From an uncultured Gammaproteobacteria bacterium (lineage in GTDB: Bacteria; Pseudomonadota; Gammaproteobacteria; CAWCPV01), in contig CAWCPV010000007.1 in NCBI GenBank assembly GCA_963797555.1, positions 32,001 through 96,000 of the forward strand: a stretch of DNA of 64,000 nucleotides, in the 5' to 3' direction. The notes below the pieces were generated by a model. That model saw nothing but the letters and a program-made list of their open reading frames with translations, was not told the origin of the DNA and searched no databases. Of the stretch, positions 40,695 to 50,303 are shown piece by piece. A program made the translations under genes and the position numbers. Numbering within the stretch: position 1 is the stretch's first letter; every line of letters begins with the position of its first letter.

Positions 40695-42641
40695 TCAGTC
40701 ATGGGGTGCTGCGTTCCTCTGACACGCAGCCTGCTTCGCATTTACCGACGGGGACGCCAGAACGGACGCGAGGTTCGCCTGCGCCACCCGGTTGCCGGGG
40801 TCGAGTCGCAGGGTGCGCCGATATTCGGTTGCGGCGGCGCAAAGCCTCCCCGCTCGTTGGTGCAGAACGGCGAGCCAGAGCGTCGCGTCCCGGTGGTCAG
40901 GGTCGACCGCCAAGGCGCGGCGGTATAGCGCCTCCGCGTCTGCCCAGCGGTGTTCCTTCTCCGCTACGACGCCCTTTCCGAAGTAGGCGTTGGCGTTCCC
41001 TGGGTCGACGGCCAGGGCTGAATCGTACTGACGGCCGGCCTCTTCGAACCGGCCTAGCTTCACATAAAGGTCTCCCAAGCGCACGCGGGCTGGCGACGAG
41101 GTCGGAACCGCTCGCAACAGCCGCTCGTACACGATCGCTCCCTGGTCTGGTGCCCCGCTCCGAATCAGAGCGACACCGAGGTTCTCCTGGGCCAGGGTAT
41201 CGCTCGGGTTTGCGGCTACAGCCTTGCGGTAGCTCGCGATGGCGCGTTGAAGGTCGCCCCGGCCCAGGTACACGTTCCCCAGGTTTGTCAGGGCCACGGA
41301 CGAGTTCGGGTAGCGCTCCAATACGGCAAGCCAGAGGCTCTCATCGCTTTTCCAGACAGCGGTTTGCTGCCGCGTAGCCATCACCAGCACCAGCAGGATG
41401 GCAAACGTCCCCAACAGCGCGGAAATGCGCAACAGCGTGGAGGCGGCCACCGCGCTCAGCGCTCTGCTCAGGCCCGCCCCCACCAACACGTAGAACCCGA
41501 TCGTCGGCAGGTAGGCATAGCGGTCGGCGGTCGCCTGCTGCCCCACCTGCACGACCCCGAGGACGGGCGAAAGTGCGATGACGTAGTAAAGCGCTACCGC
41601 CAGCCAGTATCGCTGCCCGCGGCCCCATTCTCTCAGACACAGCAGGAATGCGGTCAAGACCACCAGGGGTGCGATCACGCTCACTGCAGAGGGTGAAGTT
41701 ATCCAGGGCGGGAACGGGTAGAAAGGGGACAGTCCGACGGGAAGCAGGAACGTCTGGAGGTAGAACAGCAGGCCATGGGCCGCACTGAGAGCGCGCGCCA
41801 GCGGCCCAAGATCGCCGAGGGAGCGAATGGTGCCGGCGTGACTTTGGGCGATCACGGTGATGGCAGCGACCAGTGCGCTCAGGGCGAAGAATGCCCACTT
41901 CTCCGCAAGGAGGGCCACCGCTCGCCGGCGTAGATCTCCTGGCGACTCGCCCCGGACGCGATGGAGCGGGTACACGTCGAGAAGCAGAAGGACGAGCGGG
42001 ACGCTCACCGCCATCGGTTTGGCGAGCAGCGCCAGGGTAAAGAACAAAAAGCTCCCGGTGAGCCGCTTGGACTGTGTCGGGTCGCGCCCGTAAGCGAGAT
42101 AGCTTATGAAGGTCAGCAAGACGAAGAAAGCGCACAGTACATCCTTGCGTTCGGCGATCCACGCGACCGATTCCACGTGCTGAGGATGGACGGCGAACAG
42201 GGCAGCGGCGAAGGCCGCGCCCACCAGGGGGGCGCTGTCGAGCGGTGCCGGGCCCAAGGCGCGGCGCCTGTCGCGGGGGGCCGCCAGCGTGAGGAGTTGC
42301 AGCGTCAATACCCACACCAGTACGGAGTTGGCGGCGTGAAGGACGACGCTGCTCAGGTGGTGCGCCCACGGCGCGAGCCCCGCCAAGCGGTAGTCGAGGG
42401 CGTGCGAGAGCCAGGCGAGCGGGTGCCAGTTGCCTGCGTAGGTCTGCGTAAAGGCCCAGCGCAGCATGGCCCAGTCCAGCTCTTTGATATGCGGATTCCG
42501 GTAAACGTAGGGGTAGTCATCCCAGTGGAGGAAACCGTTGCCCACTGCCCCTTGGTATGCCAGCCAGGCGAGCGAGACGGCACCGAGCGGACCCAGCCAT
42601 ACGAGCAATTGGCGCACGTCGAGCCTCGTGTCGGCGGTCAT
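40695..42641 (-). CDS. TMTC-like GT-C glycosyltransferase with C-terminal TPRs
   Basis: F..WDD..Y...NP, NWHPL.WLSH, LFAVHP.HVESVAW..ERKD, LLAKP, ADRY.YLP, then TPR repeats. Confidence 0.88.
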   Translation of the reverse strand: MTADTRLDVRQLLVWLGPLGAVSLAWLAYQGAVGNGFLHWDDYPYVYRNPHIKELDWAMLRWAFTQTYAGNWHPLAWLSHALDYRLAGLAPWAHHLSSVVLHAANSVLVWVLTLQLLTLAAPRDRRRALGPAPLDSAPLVGAAFAAALFAVHPQHVESVAWIAERKDVLCAFFVLLTFISYLAYGRDPTQSKRLTGSFLFFTLALLAKPMAVSVPLVLLLLDVYPLHRVRGESPGDLRRRAVALLAEKWAFFALSALVAAITVIAQSHAGTIRSLGDLGPLARALSAAHGLLFYLQTFLLPVGLSPFYPFPPWITSPSAVSVIAPLVVLTAFLLCLREWGRGQRYWLAVALYYVIALSPVLGVVQVGQQATADRYAYLPTIGFYVLVGAGLSRALSAVAASTLLRISALLGTFAILLVLVMATRQQTAVWKSDESLWLAVLERYPNSSVALTNLGNVYLGRGDLQRAIASYRKAVAANPSDTLAQENLGVALIRSGAPDQGAIVYERLLRAVPTSSPARVRLGDLYVKLGRFEEAGRQYDSALAVDPGNANAYFGKGVVAEKEHRWADAEALYRRALAVDPDHRDATLWLAVLHQRAGRLCAAATEYRRTLRLDPGNRVAQANLASVLASPSVNAKQAACQRNAAPHD

Positions 42642-42663
42642 GCAGGTTCTCTGCGGTAAATTC

Positions 42664-44016
42664 TCACACGCAGTCTCCATCTCGGGCTTCGACGGGTGAA
42701 CGCCGCCGGCGCCCCGAGAGCCGCAGCCTGACCGATCGACGCAAACGACCGTTTCCGCTGCGGTGCAGGATGTCGGGGCCAGCGGCGGGACATGGAAGAC
42801 GCTGCCGCTCGACGTGAGTGGCTTCGGGGTAACGCATTGTATGGCCTGGGCTGGGAGAAGACCGGGCGGAAGTCTTCCGCCATGCGCGGGTTTGGGGCGG
42901 ACGCACCGACGCCGACACACTTTCCGGCCTTGACCGTGTTGTGAAGCCAGCGGCCGCGGCAAAGGCTTTGGTGAATGCGGCACGGTCGCGGTAGTCCAGG
43001 TGCGAGCCGTCGGGACAGGCGAACGAGTTCAACCCCGGCCAATCCTCGAAATAGATGGTGCGCGCCTGGCTGCTCGCGGCAACGTGGTTCCAGAAGCGAT
43101 CGCGGGGCCAACGTCTTCGATCGGCCTCCAGCACCAGACCGCTGGTGGGCATGCGAAGGAGTATCACGTGGCCACCCCGCGCCTGAATGGTTCGAACCGC
43201 GCGCTCGACTTCCTGCGCGCGGGAGCGATAGACGCTCTCGTCGGCGGGCCGGAGCTGACGGACGGCGCGCGTCAGTTCCTGCTCCAGCGCTTTCCAGTCG
43301 ATGCGGGGGTCCGCCGGGATGTCGGTGCCAAGCTCCCTGCCGACCCGAATCAGATAAAAGCCCGGCTTATGGACCCGGGTGTAATCGGCAAGGCGCGATC
43401 GATCGGGCAGGGTGATCAGGTATTGCGGTGAGGCCCGCGTATCGAGGAGCCGGAAAAGCCACGCGTCCAGCGGTCGCCCACCGTCTGCATAGGCGCGCAG
43501 TCTTCGCCGAACAGCCTGAGCCAGGGACTGCTCAACCTGCAAGTAGTTCCAAGACGACGCCTTCGGCAGCCGCTCGAATGCGGTCTGGTATTCGATGGCG
43601 CGGGACGAATCGGAAGTACCGCCAACGACTTCCTCGGCGAAGTCGACGACGACGGTCCCCGTGACGGACGGATCACGCGCAAGACCATCCAGGATAGGCA
43701 GGAAGGAGGTCCCGTCGATGGCGAGCTGGATCGACTCCAGTCCGGTCTCCTCACGGAGCACATCGAGGTCCATACCGAGCTGAATGCGCGATGCGCCCAC
43801 CAGGATCAGCGCCTGCCCGCCCAGGCAACTGGCGCGTTGCCGCTCCGCGATCCAGAGTTCCTTCGAATCCACGACGGTCGGTTTATACCCTTTCGCTGCC
43901 AGCAGGACTTCCGTCACGACCACCAGCGACGAGACGAGGCAGAGCGCTAGGGCAAAGGCCGCCAACGAGCCCCACTTGTCGCACCGAGCATCAGAACTGG
44001 AAGTAGATGAACGCAC
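42664..44016 (-). CDS. SGNH-like periplasmic O-acyltransferase partner; 3' end uncertain
   Basis: Start overlaps the MBOAT end (VRSSTSSS); GASR and DGSHL motifs. Confidence 0.75.
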   Translation of the reverse strand: MRSSTSSSDARCDKWGSLAAFALALCLVSSLVVVTEVLLAAKGYKPTVVDSKELWIAERQRASCLGGQALILVGASRIQLGMDLDVLREETGLESIQLAIDGTSFLPILDGLARDPSVTGTVVVDFAEEVVGGTSDSSRAIEYQTAFERLPKASSWNYLQVEQSLAQAVRRRLRAYADGGRPLDAWLFRLLDTRASPQYLITLPDRSRLADYTRVHKPGFYLIRVGRELGTDIPADPRIDWKALEQELTRAVRQLRPADESVYRSRAQEVERAVRTIQARGGHVILLRMPTSGLVLEADRRRWPRDRFWNHVAASSQARTIYFEDWPGLNSFACPDGSHLDYRDRAAFTKAFAAAAGFTTRSRPESVSASVRPPQTRAWRKTSARSSPSPGHTMRYPEATHVERQRLPCPAAGPDILHRSGNGRLRRSVRLRLSGRRRRSPVEARDGDCV

Positions 44017-45412
44017 GGCTGTCCCCACCGGACACGAGATACATAGCAGTGAGCAACGCCGTCAGAACCGCGACCTTCGAGGGCAGACGAAGATCAAGGT
44101 AGAACTGGCTGAGCGCGCGGTCTCGCATGGTCAACTGCCAGTGCAGCGTCGCCGCAATCGAGGTCCCTGCCAGGAACGCAACCAGCGGGTCAGTGCGCAG
44201 CGCCTGGCCCCAGCGCGCCAGTCCGCCAAGGATGCCGGCCATCTGCTCCAGGCTCCTGGATCGGAAGGGCACCCAAGTCAAGGTCACCACCAGAAAGGTC
44301 AGCAGGATACCGACGATGTTACCGCGAGATGCGGTATGGCCGCGATCGCCCCGCGCGGCATACGATCGCAGGGCGCGCTCGACGGCGAGATAGACGCCGT
44401 GCAGCATTCCCCATAGCACGAACAGCCAGGAAGCCCCATGCCACAGGCCGCCGATCAGCATCGTGGCGAGGAGATTGCGATACGCGGCGAGCTTCGTGCC
44501 GCGACTGCCGCCCAAGCTGATGTACAGGTAGTCGCGCAGCCAGGTCGACAACGAGATGTGCCAGCGGCGCCAGAAGTCCGAGAAGCCACTCGCGGCGTAA
44601 GGGTAGCGGAAGTTGTCGGGGAGCGCGAGCCCGAAGCAGAGAGCGATACCGATGGCGCAGAGGGAATAGCCGGCGAAGTCGTAGTAGATCTGCCCGGAAA
44701 AGGAGACCACTGCCAGCCAGGTGTCGGCAGCGCCATAGGCGCGAGGGTCCGCATAAACGAAATCCACGATGGGCGCGAACAGACTGTCGGCCATAACGAC
44801 CTTCATGAAGAGCCCCATCACCAGCAATGCCGCTCCGAGTCCCAGGCCCGGTACCGTGGGCATGCGGCGTTCATCCAGTTGCGGTAGAAAATGGCTGGCG
44901 CGGACGATCGGACCGGCAACGAGTTGCGGGAAGAAGGACACGAACAGCGCAAAGTCCCTGAAAGACCACGTCGGCTTGACCGCGCCCCGGTACACGTCGA
45001 TGGTGTACGACAGCGACTGGAAGGTGTAGAACGAGATCCCCACCGGTAAGACGATGTCGAGCTTGGGAGCCACGAACCGCAGGCCCACTCCCTGCAGGAG
45101 GGCAGCGAAGCTGTCGAGCATGAACTCGGCATACTTGAAATATGCCAACACGCCGATGTTCGTCGCGACGCTGGCGGCGAGCAGCACGCGGCGGCGACCC
45201 GCCGACGATGCGCTCGCGATGGCTCGTCCCAGCAACCAGTCGACGGTGGTCGAGAACAGCAGCAGCCCGACGAAGGGGGGATTCCAGGCCGCGTAGAAGA
45301 GGTAACTCGCGGTCGCAAGAATGTTCTTCCGTGCGTTCCATGAGCTCGTCAGCATGTATGCGGTCCAAACGACCGCAAGAAAGAGGATGAAGCTTAGCGA
45401 GTTGAAGACCAT
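43991..45412 (-). CDS. MBOAT family O-acyltransferase (AlgI/PatA-like)
   Basis: M.FNS..F, LP.GISFYTFQ.LSY, FFPQLVAGPI.R, FWRRWHISLS.WLRDYLYI, GLWHGA and FIYFQF motifs. Confidence 0.93.
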   Translation of the reverse strand: MVFNSLSFILFLAVVWTAYMLTSSWNARKNILATASYLFYAAWNPPFVGLLLFSTTVDWLLGRAIASASSAGRRRVLLAASVATNIGVLAYFKYAEFMLDSFAALLQGVGLRFVAPKLDIVLPVGISFYTFQSLSYTIDVYRGAVKPTWSFRDFALFVSFFPQLVAGPIVRASHFLPQLDERRMPTVPGLGLGAALLVMGLFMKVVMADSLFAPIVDFVYADPRAYGAADTWLAVVSFSGQIYYDFAGYSLCAIGIALCFGLALPDNFRYPYAASGFSDFWRRWHISLSTWLRDYLYISLGGSRGTKLAAYRNLLATMLIGGLWHGASWLFVLWGMLHGVYLAVERALRSYAARGDRGHTASRGNIVGILLTFLVVTLTWVPFRSRSLEQMAGILGGLARWGQALRTDPLVAFLAGTSIAATLHWQLTMRDRALSQFYLDLRLPSKVAVLTALLTAMYLVSGGDSRAFIYFQF

Positions 45413-46247
45413 GCCGAGCCGGCTGCGCGGAGCCTGTCCGCGGCCCACGAAAGCTGTCTCGATCGCGCCTTGTCGTGGCAGCGCACTGGTTTGCGCTCGC
45501 CGCCGCACACGCCCGGTCGATTACCCAGTTCGGGGCTCATTTCGCAGAGGCGGGCTGACGACTGCATCGCTCCAGCCAAGGCCGCACCGCTTGCACAATC
45601 GGGCTAGGCATTGGGACATGGGCTCCATACCGAAGAACAACCCGGCCTGGAACCGATCCAATGGGGAAGGGAGGGAAAACCGTCTATACAACAAAGACCG
45701 TCACGTTGCTGAAACGGCATGCCGCGGCGCCAGTATAGTGTTTCCGAATCCGTGCAGCAAGGCAGCAAGTTCGCAGCCAACGCAATGATTCTGTTGCGGA
45801 ATGGTGCCCGCCGAGCATCACCCGAATGCCCTGTGGCGCGCTTCCCGTCCCGGAATCGTCCAGGCCGGAGATGACCTCGTACGCGGCTGTTGCATTGTAA
45901 ACGCAATCTTTCGAGGAGGATCGCCCGGCGCGTGGCTGGTCTCCTCAGCCTGGGCAAGACCTACTTAAGAGACGATCGTCCTTTCGCATCGACCGTCCCT
46001 TTCGCACGGCCCTGGGGCTGGGCAATGTGCCCGGCAGCGTGTGACTGCGCCGGCCGCGCCATGCTACGGCGCCGCGATGGCGTGAGCAGCCCGACGATCG
46101 TTTCCTGGATCTGTCAAGAAACCGCCTCGGCGCCAGGGCCGATCTTCCATTACAATGCGTACTGCGCTGCTGGTAGGGTCGGGCTCATCCGGCCGGGGCG
46201 GAATAGACGCCGCCCGCCGGAGTCTTCTTGCACACTAGGTAATCGCG

Positions 46248-46739
46248 GTGTTCTACCTTGACCTGTTCAAGGCGCTGGCGGACCATGAAGTGCGTTACCT
46301 GCTGGTCGGCGGGGTCGCGATGAACTTGCTTGGGGTGCCGCGCATGACCATGGACGTGGACATCGTTGTCGCCCTGGACCAAGGCAATCTCGATGCATTC
46401 CTGGGAGCCGCCGACGAGTTGCAACTGCAGCCCGCGGTCCCTGTGCCCCTGACCGACCTTCTGGACCCGGCCCGGCGCCGCGCTTGGCGTACAGAGAAGC
46501 ACATGATGGCTTTCCCCCTGCGCGCGCCGGATGCGAGTGCGCCCACCGTCGACATCTTGATCGACCCGCCCTTGGACCTCGAGTCCGCGTTCGCCAGGGT
46601 GCAGCGCCGTCAAGTAGGGGATGTCATCGTGCGCGTCGCTGCGATAGAGGACATGATACAGATGAAGGTGAGGGCAGGGCGGGCACAGGATTTGGCCGAC
46701 ATCGAGCACCTGCGCCGCCTGCAGCAGACGAAGGGATGA
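46248..46739 (+). CDS. Nucleotidyltransferase-superfamily protein (DUF6036-like)
   Basis: Y.LVGG.A....G.PR.T.DVD, VDIL and D.I.MK..AGR.QD.AD motifs. Confidence 0.85.
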   Translation: MFYLDLFKALADHEVRYLLVGGVAMNLLGVPRMTMDVDIVVALDQGNLDAFLGAADELQLQPAVPVPLTDLLDPARRRAWRTEKHMMAFPLRAPDASAPTVDILIDPPLDLESAFARVQRRQVGDVIVRVAAIEDMIQMKVRAGRAQDLADIEHLRRLQQTKG

Positions 46740-46984
46740 GCGGGCACCGGCGGACAAAACCGGCGACCCCTCAGGCGGCAGCGGACCCGCGGGGCGAGTC
46801 GCGTCCCCCGGGAGGGTTCTACTACTTGGTCAGCGATGAACAATTGCAGGCATTCTCGGCCTTGACCCCGCTGCAGCGCCTGCAGTGGCTGGACGCTGCC
46901 AGGCGGTTCACCCTCATGGCCCAGACGCCCGAGACGGCGGAGCGGCAGGGTCGGCTGCGACGAGGGCAGACGGTCGCCGGTTGA
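46736..46984 (+). CDS. Small helical partner protein (82 aa)
   Basis: ATGA overlap with the NTase; FYYLVSDEQLQAFSALTPLQRLQWLDAARRF core. Confidence 0.75.
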   Translation: MSGHRRTKPATPQAAADPRGESRPPGGFYYLVSDEQLQAFSALTPLQRLQWLDAARRFTLMAQTPETAERQGRLRRGQTVAG

Positions 46985-47039
46985 GGCGCGAGGCGCCTTA
47001 TCCTCACCAAAAGCACGCCGTGGCCCGCGGCGAATCCGG

Positions 47040-47236
47040 CCCCGCTTGCCGACGCCCGAGCCGCGCCAGGACTCGGCCCAGGGCGAGGCGCGCGTCAGTG
47101 TCCCACGGCCTTAGCTCCACTACTCGGCGGTACTGAGCGCACGCCTCTTCCAGCTTTTCTTGCCCTTCCAACGCGCGCCCAAGGTTGAAATGCGCGTCCG
47201 CGAAAGTGTCGTCCAAAGCGAGTGCCTCGCGGAGGC
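47040..47236 (-). pseudogene. TPR gene remnant
   Basis: LREALALDDTFADAHFNLGRALE...A.AQYRRVVELRP....ARLALG.VLA.LG; no credible start. Confidence 0.6.
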
Positions 47237-47397
47237 TAGCGGTGGACGGGCGTCTCCCGTCCCGCACCGCCCAAGTGATCCCCCAGTAGCGGTGCGACAG
47301 GAGGGCACCTGTGGCGAGAGTGGGACTCCCGCCGTGGTTGCGTGAGCGCTGTATCATGTGAGTTGCAGATTCTGGTCAGGTGAGGTCGCCCACGCCA

Positions 47398-47850
47398 ATG
47401 ATAATACCGGCTAAGCGTGTGGCCGAGACCCTCGGCCTGAAGCAAGTCAGAGACCTCGCCGAACTGCGGGACGCGATTGCCCATGGTCCGCAAGTCAACG
47501 CGAAGGCACGTGGCCGCGCAGATCGCCCCTTCGAGGCGGGAGCAGCAAGCTCTTGCGCACGGCATTGTTCCGCGGGCGAGCGTGTGAGCCGGCGCGAGGA
47601 GCGGCTCACCCCTGCCCAGAGCGAATGCACCGAACCGCTCGCCCGCGTCTACGCCACTGCCTGTTACGTCTGGGCCGACGAGTCAGCCGCGCGCCGTTTC
47701 ATGGAGACCCCGCAGCCGATGCCGAGATCCTCTGGAAGCTCTTCTATGGGCTTCCCGCTTGAGCGAAGCCTCACGGCCTTTTGCATCGCTGACGACCGCC
47801 AGCCGCCTCTGGACGGCCAGGGGGGGTTGCGGGTGGACAACGTCGATGCA
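47398..47850 (+). pseudogene. Decayed Xre/MbcA/ParS antitoxin and start of a RES toxin
   Basis: RVAETLGL...L.EL..AI..G and RLTPAQSE.TE.LARVYATA.YVW.DE..AR.F..TP.P (antitoxin); LTAF.IAD.R.P.LDG.G (RES N-terminus); both truncated. Confidence 0.65.
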
Positions 47851-48088
47851 AACGGGCTTCCGGCTGGAGCAGCACCGACCAGACGGCTTCCCGTTCCTTC
47901 GGCGACCAACGGCTGGACAATGCCTCTGCCGCCGCCCTTATAGTGCCTTGTGTGGTCGCACGGTACGAACGGAACGATATGCTCAACCCCAATCATCCGG
48001 ATTTTCCGTCAATCGCGCCGAGTGGTCCGGAGGCGGTCATCTGGGATCTGAGGCTGTTCCCGCGCGAGGCGTAGACAGTCCACATGGA

Positions 48089-48155
48089 AGCGCTTGCAGT
48101 GGGTGGACGCTGCCCGCCCGTTCACGCTACTGGCCCAGACCCCCGAGACGGCCGA
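48089..48155 (+). repeat. Diverged 67-bp copy of the small partner gene core (46875-46941)
   Basis: AGCGCTTGCAGTGGGTGGACGCTGCC...TGGCCCAGACCCCCGAGACGGC aligns without gaps to 46875-46941. Confidence 0.8.
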
Positions 48156-48433
48156 TCACGATGCCCGGGCCAGGTGCGGGCGGCCGATGGTCGAGTAGGC
48201 TTGGGTGGATGCGTTGCCTGTCAGAGCAGCTTGACCGTGAACGGGAACTCCCAGCCGGAGAGCGCGCATGTTCATGCCGCATGTGCCCCTGGCCGCTATC
48301 CTGTGGGACCTGGCTCAAAGGGCGTTATCCGGGAGATCGGCGTAAGCGCTCTTCATCCCCGTCGCCCGCTTGGAGGCGAAGGCGGGGCGGGTGAAAGTCT
48401 TGCGCCGCTGGCATCGGGTGCCAACTTCGGCCG

Positions 48434-49826
48434 ATGACAAATCTGCTGGGCAGGGACCAGAGGTCATACACGAGGTGCGCAAGTGCGGCGGGCGGTGGCT
48501 GGTTCTGGTGGATCTTTGCGGCGTTGACGGTTGTCGACATGCTCGCGCTCGCAGTCGGTCCGCGCGTCAGCGACGACGAGATTCGTTCGAAGGGGCTCTG
48601 GCTGACAAATGTCGAGTTACCGGGGCCGTTCGGTATCAGTGTAAACCGCGACAGTTGGTTATATCTGCGGGCCACCTTGGATCCAGGCCGCCTGCTGCAG
48701 CCGAAAGAGATCCTACAGTCGAGGCCGCTCGTGCCGATGGTTCTGTACGCGCCCAGCGTTGCTGCATCTGCCCTGGTACTTCGATCGCAGGAAGGCCGAC
48801 GGTCCGACCCGCTTTCCGGCTTCTGGGGCGCATATCTGGTATGGCTGCTATTCAACGTGTTGCTGGTTGCATCGAGTTGCTGCCCTGTGGTTGCGACAGG
48901 TGCCTGCGTGGTATGCGCTCGGTGCCACGAGCCTTACGACTGCAGATCCATTCGGCGCGTCAACGCCGACTACAAGGTCCGCACTCGTGTCCGCGTTTGC
49001 TCTGCTGATATTGTTCAACGAAGTCACCAAGGCATTTGTCCTCGCTGCCCACCTCCAGATGTTCAATATCCTCGTACCGATGCTCTGCCTCACGGCGGTC
49101 AGCGAGTTGTGGGGAGAGGCGTCCGCGCGACGATTGCTGATCTGGAGCAGCGGTTGTGGTGTGCTGTTGTTGGCGTATGGGTCGTTTGCAATCCTCGGTG
49201 CGTTGCTCCTCGTTATCGGGAGTAGGCACGCGCTGAAGCGCGCGTCTTCCTCGGGCTCGGACCCCATCGGATGGCCCTCGGTCATGATTGCCGCGGTGCT
49301 TGTGAGCTTGCCGCTGGCGCTTTGGATCGCGGTAATCCTCGTCCGCAACGGTGCGTTTTACAATCACGAGTTTGTCCGTTGGCGGCAGATCATTTGGGTG
49401 ATGGACACGATTCGGGAGCAGGGGTTGGTCGCGGCGGCAGTGAAGTGGCTTTCCAACCTCGGCTTCTTCGCATATTCCGCGGTGCGGCAGACCGAGCCCG
49501 TGTTGCTCATCCTGCTGGCGACTCTGCTCCTGGCATGGCCGGAGAGGCAGGGGCTTCCCGGGGTCCCGGCAGAGCTACGCCCGACATTTCTGCCGCTGGC
49601 ACTGATCCTCGCGACCCAAATGTCGTTCTTTGCCTGCGTCGGCTATCGCGTCGAGCGACTCGCTTTCTCCAGTTCTGTGGTTATGAGCTTCGCCTGTGCA
49701 CTGGCCTGCGTCAGGGTGTCGGCGTCGCTCCCCGCGCGTCGACGCAAGCTGCTTGCCGGTGTTGCCTGGCTAATTGCCTTGCTATGGGGCCTGGCCTGCG
49801 TGGTGAAGAATGGGCCATACTTCTGA
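48434..49826 (+). CDS. Polytopic membrane protein, possibly GT-C fold; frameshift near 48880
   Basis: Two overlapping hydrophobic ORFs; N-terminal NRDS..Y...SRP motif followed by many TM segments. Confidence 0.6.
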
Positions 49827-50303
49827 GCGCCCAGCGCAGAGGGGGTGTTCGCCTTCGCTGCGTGCTTCGAGAACGAATCGTTGGCGTCATTCCTGCCCCT
49901 CCGAAAGTCCTCGGCTTGCGCTCTCTGGAGGAGAGCATCGGCAAGAGTTCCCGCCTGCCCTTCAGAAAGGGGGGAATCCAAATCGGAGCACCATGGGCCC
50001 GGGAGGGCTAATAGTCCATGTGGGCGTCCCGATCAGGCAGGCGCGGGGAGAGCGGCACATGGATGAGGTGGATCATCGTGTGAGCGAAGACGGTGGTGGC
50101 GCGGTCATGACCGCGGCGCGCGCCGCGGCTTTTGGCTCGGCCCCGGATAGGCCCTTCCTGCGCACGGCGACGCTGGTCCAAGAGTTGTTGCGAGGCCGGA
50201 GGCAGCGGCGCGCATCACCTCAGACCACCGCCGCAAGCGCCTTTCCCGGTGATGCTATGGGTGTCCGCCATTTACGACGTGTTACAGTATGGCCCGCCGC
50301 GGC

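Noticed and set aside
45889-45906. TTGC-N9-GCAA inverted repeat between the MBOAT and NTase genes as an operator
   Set aside because: Only 4-bp arms and a single occurrence; expected by chance.
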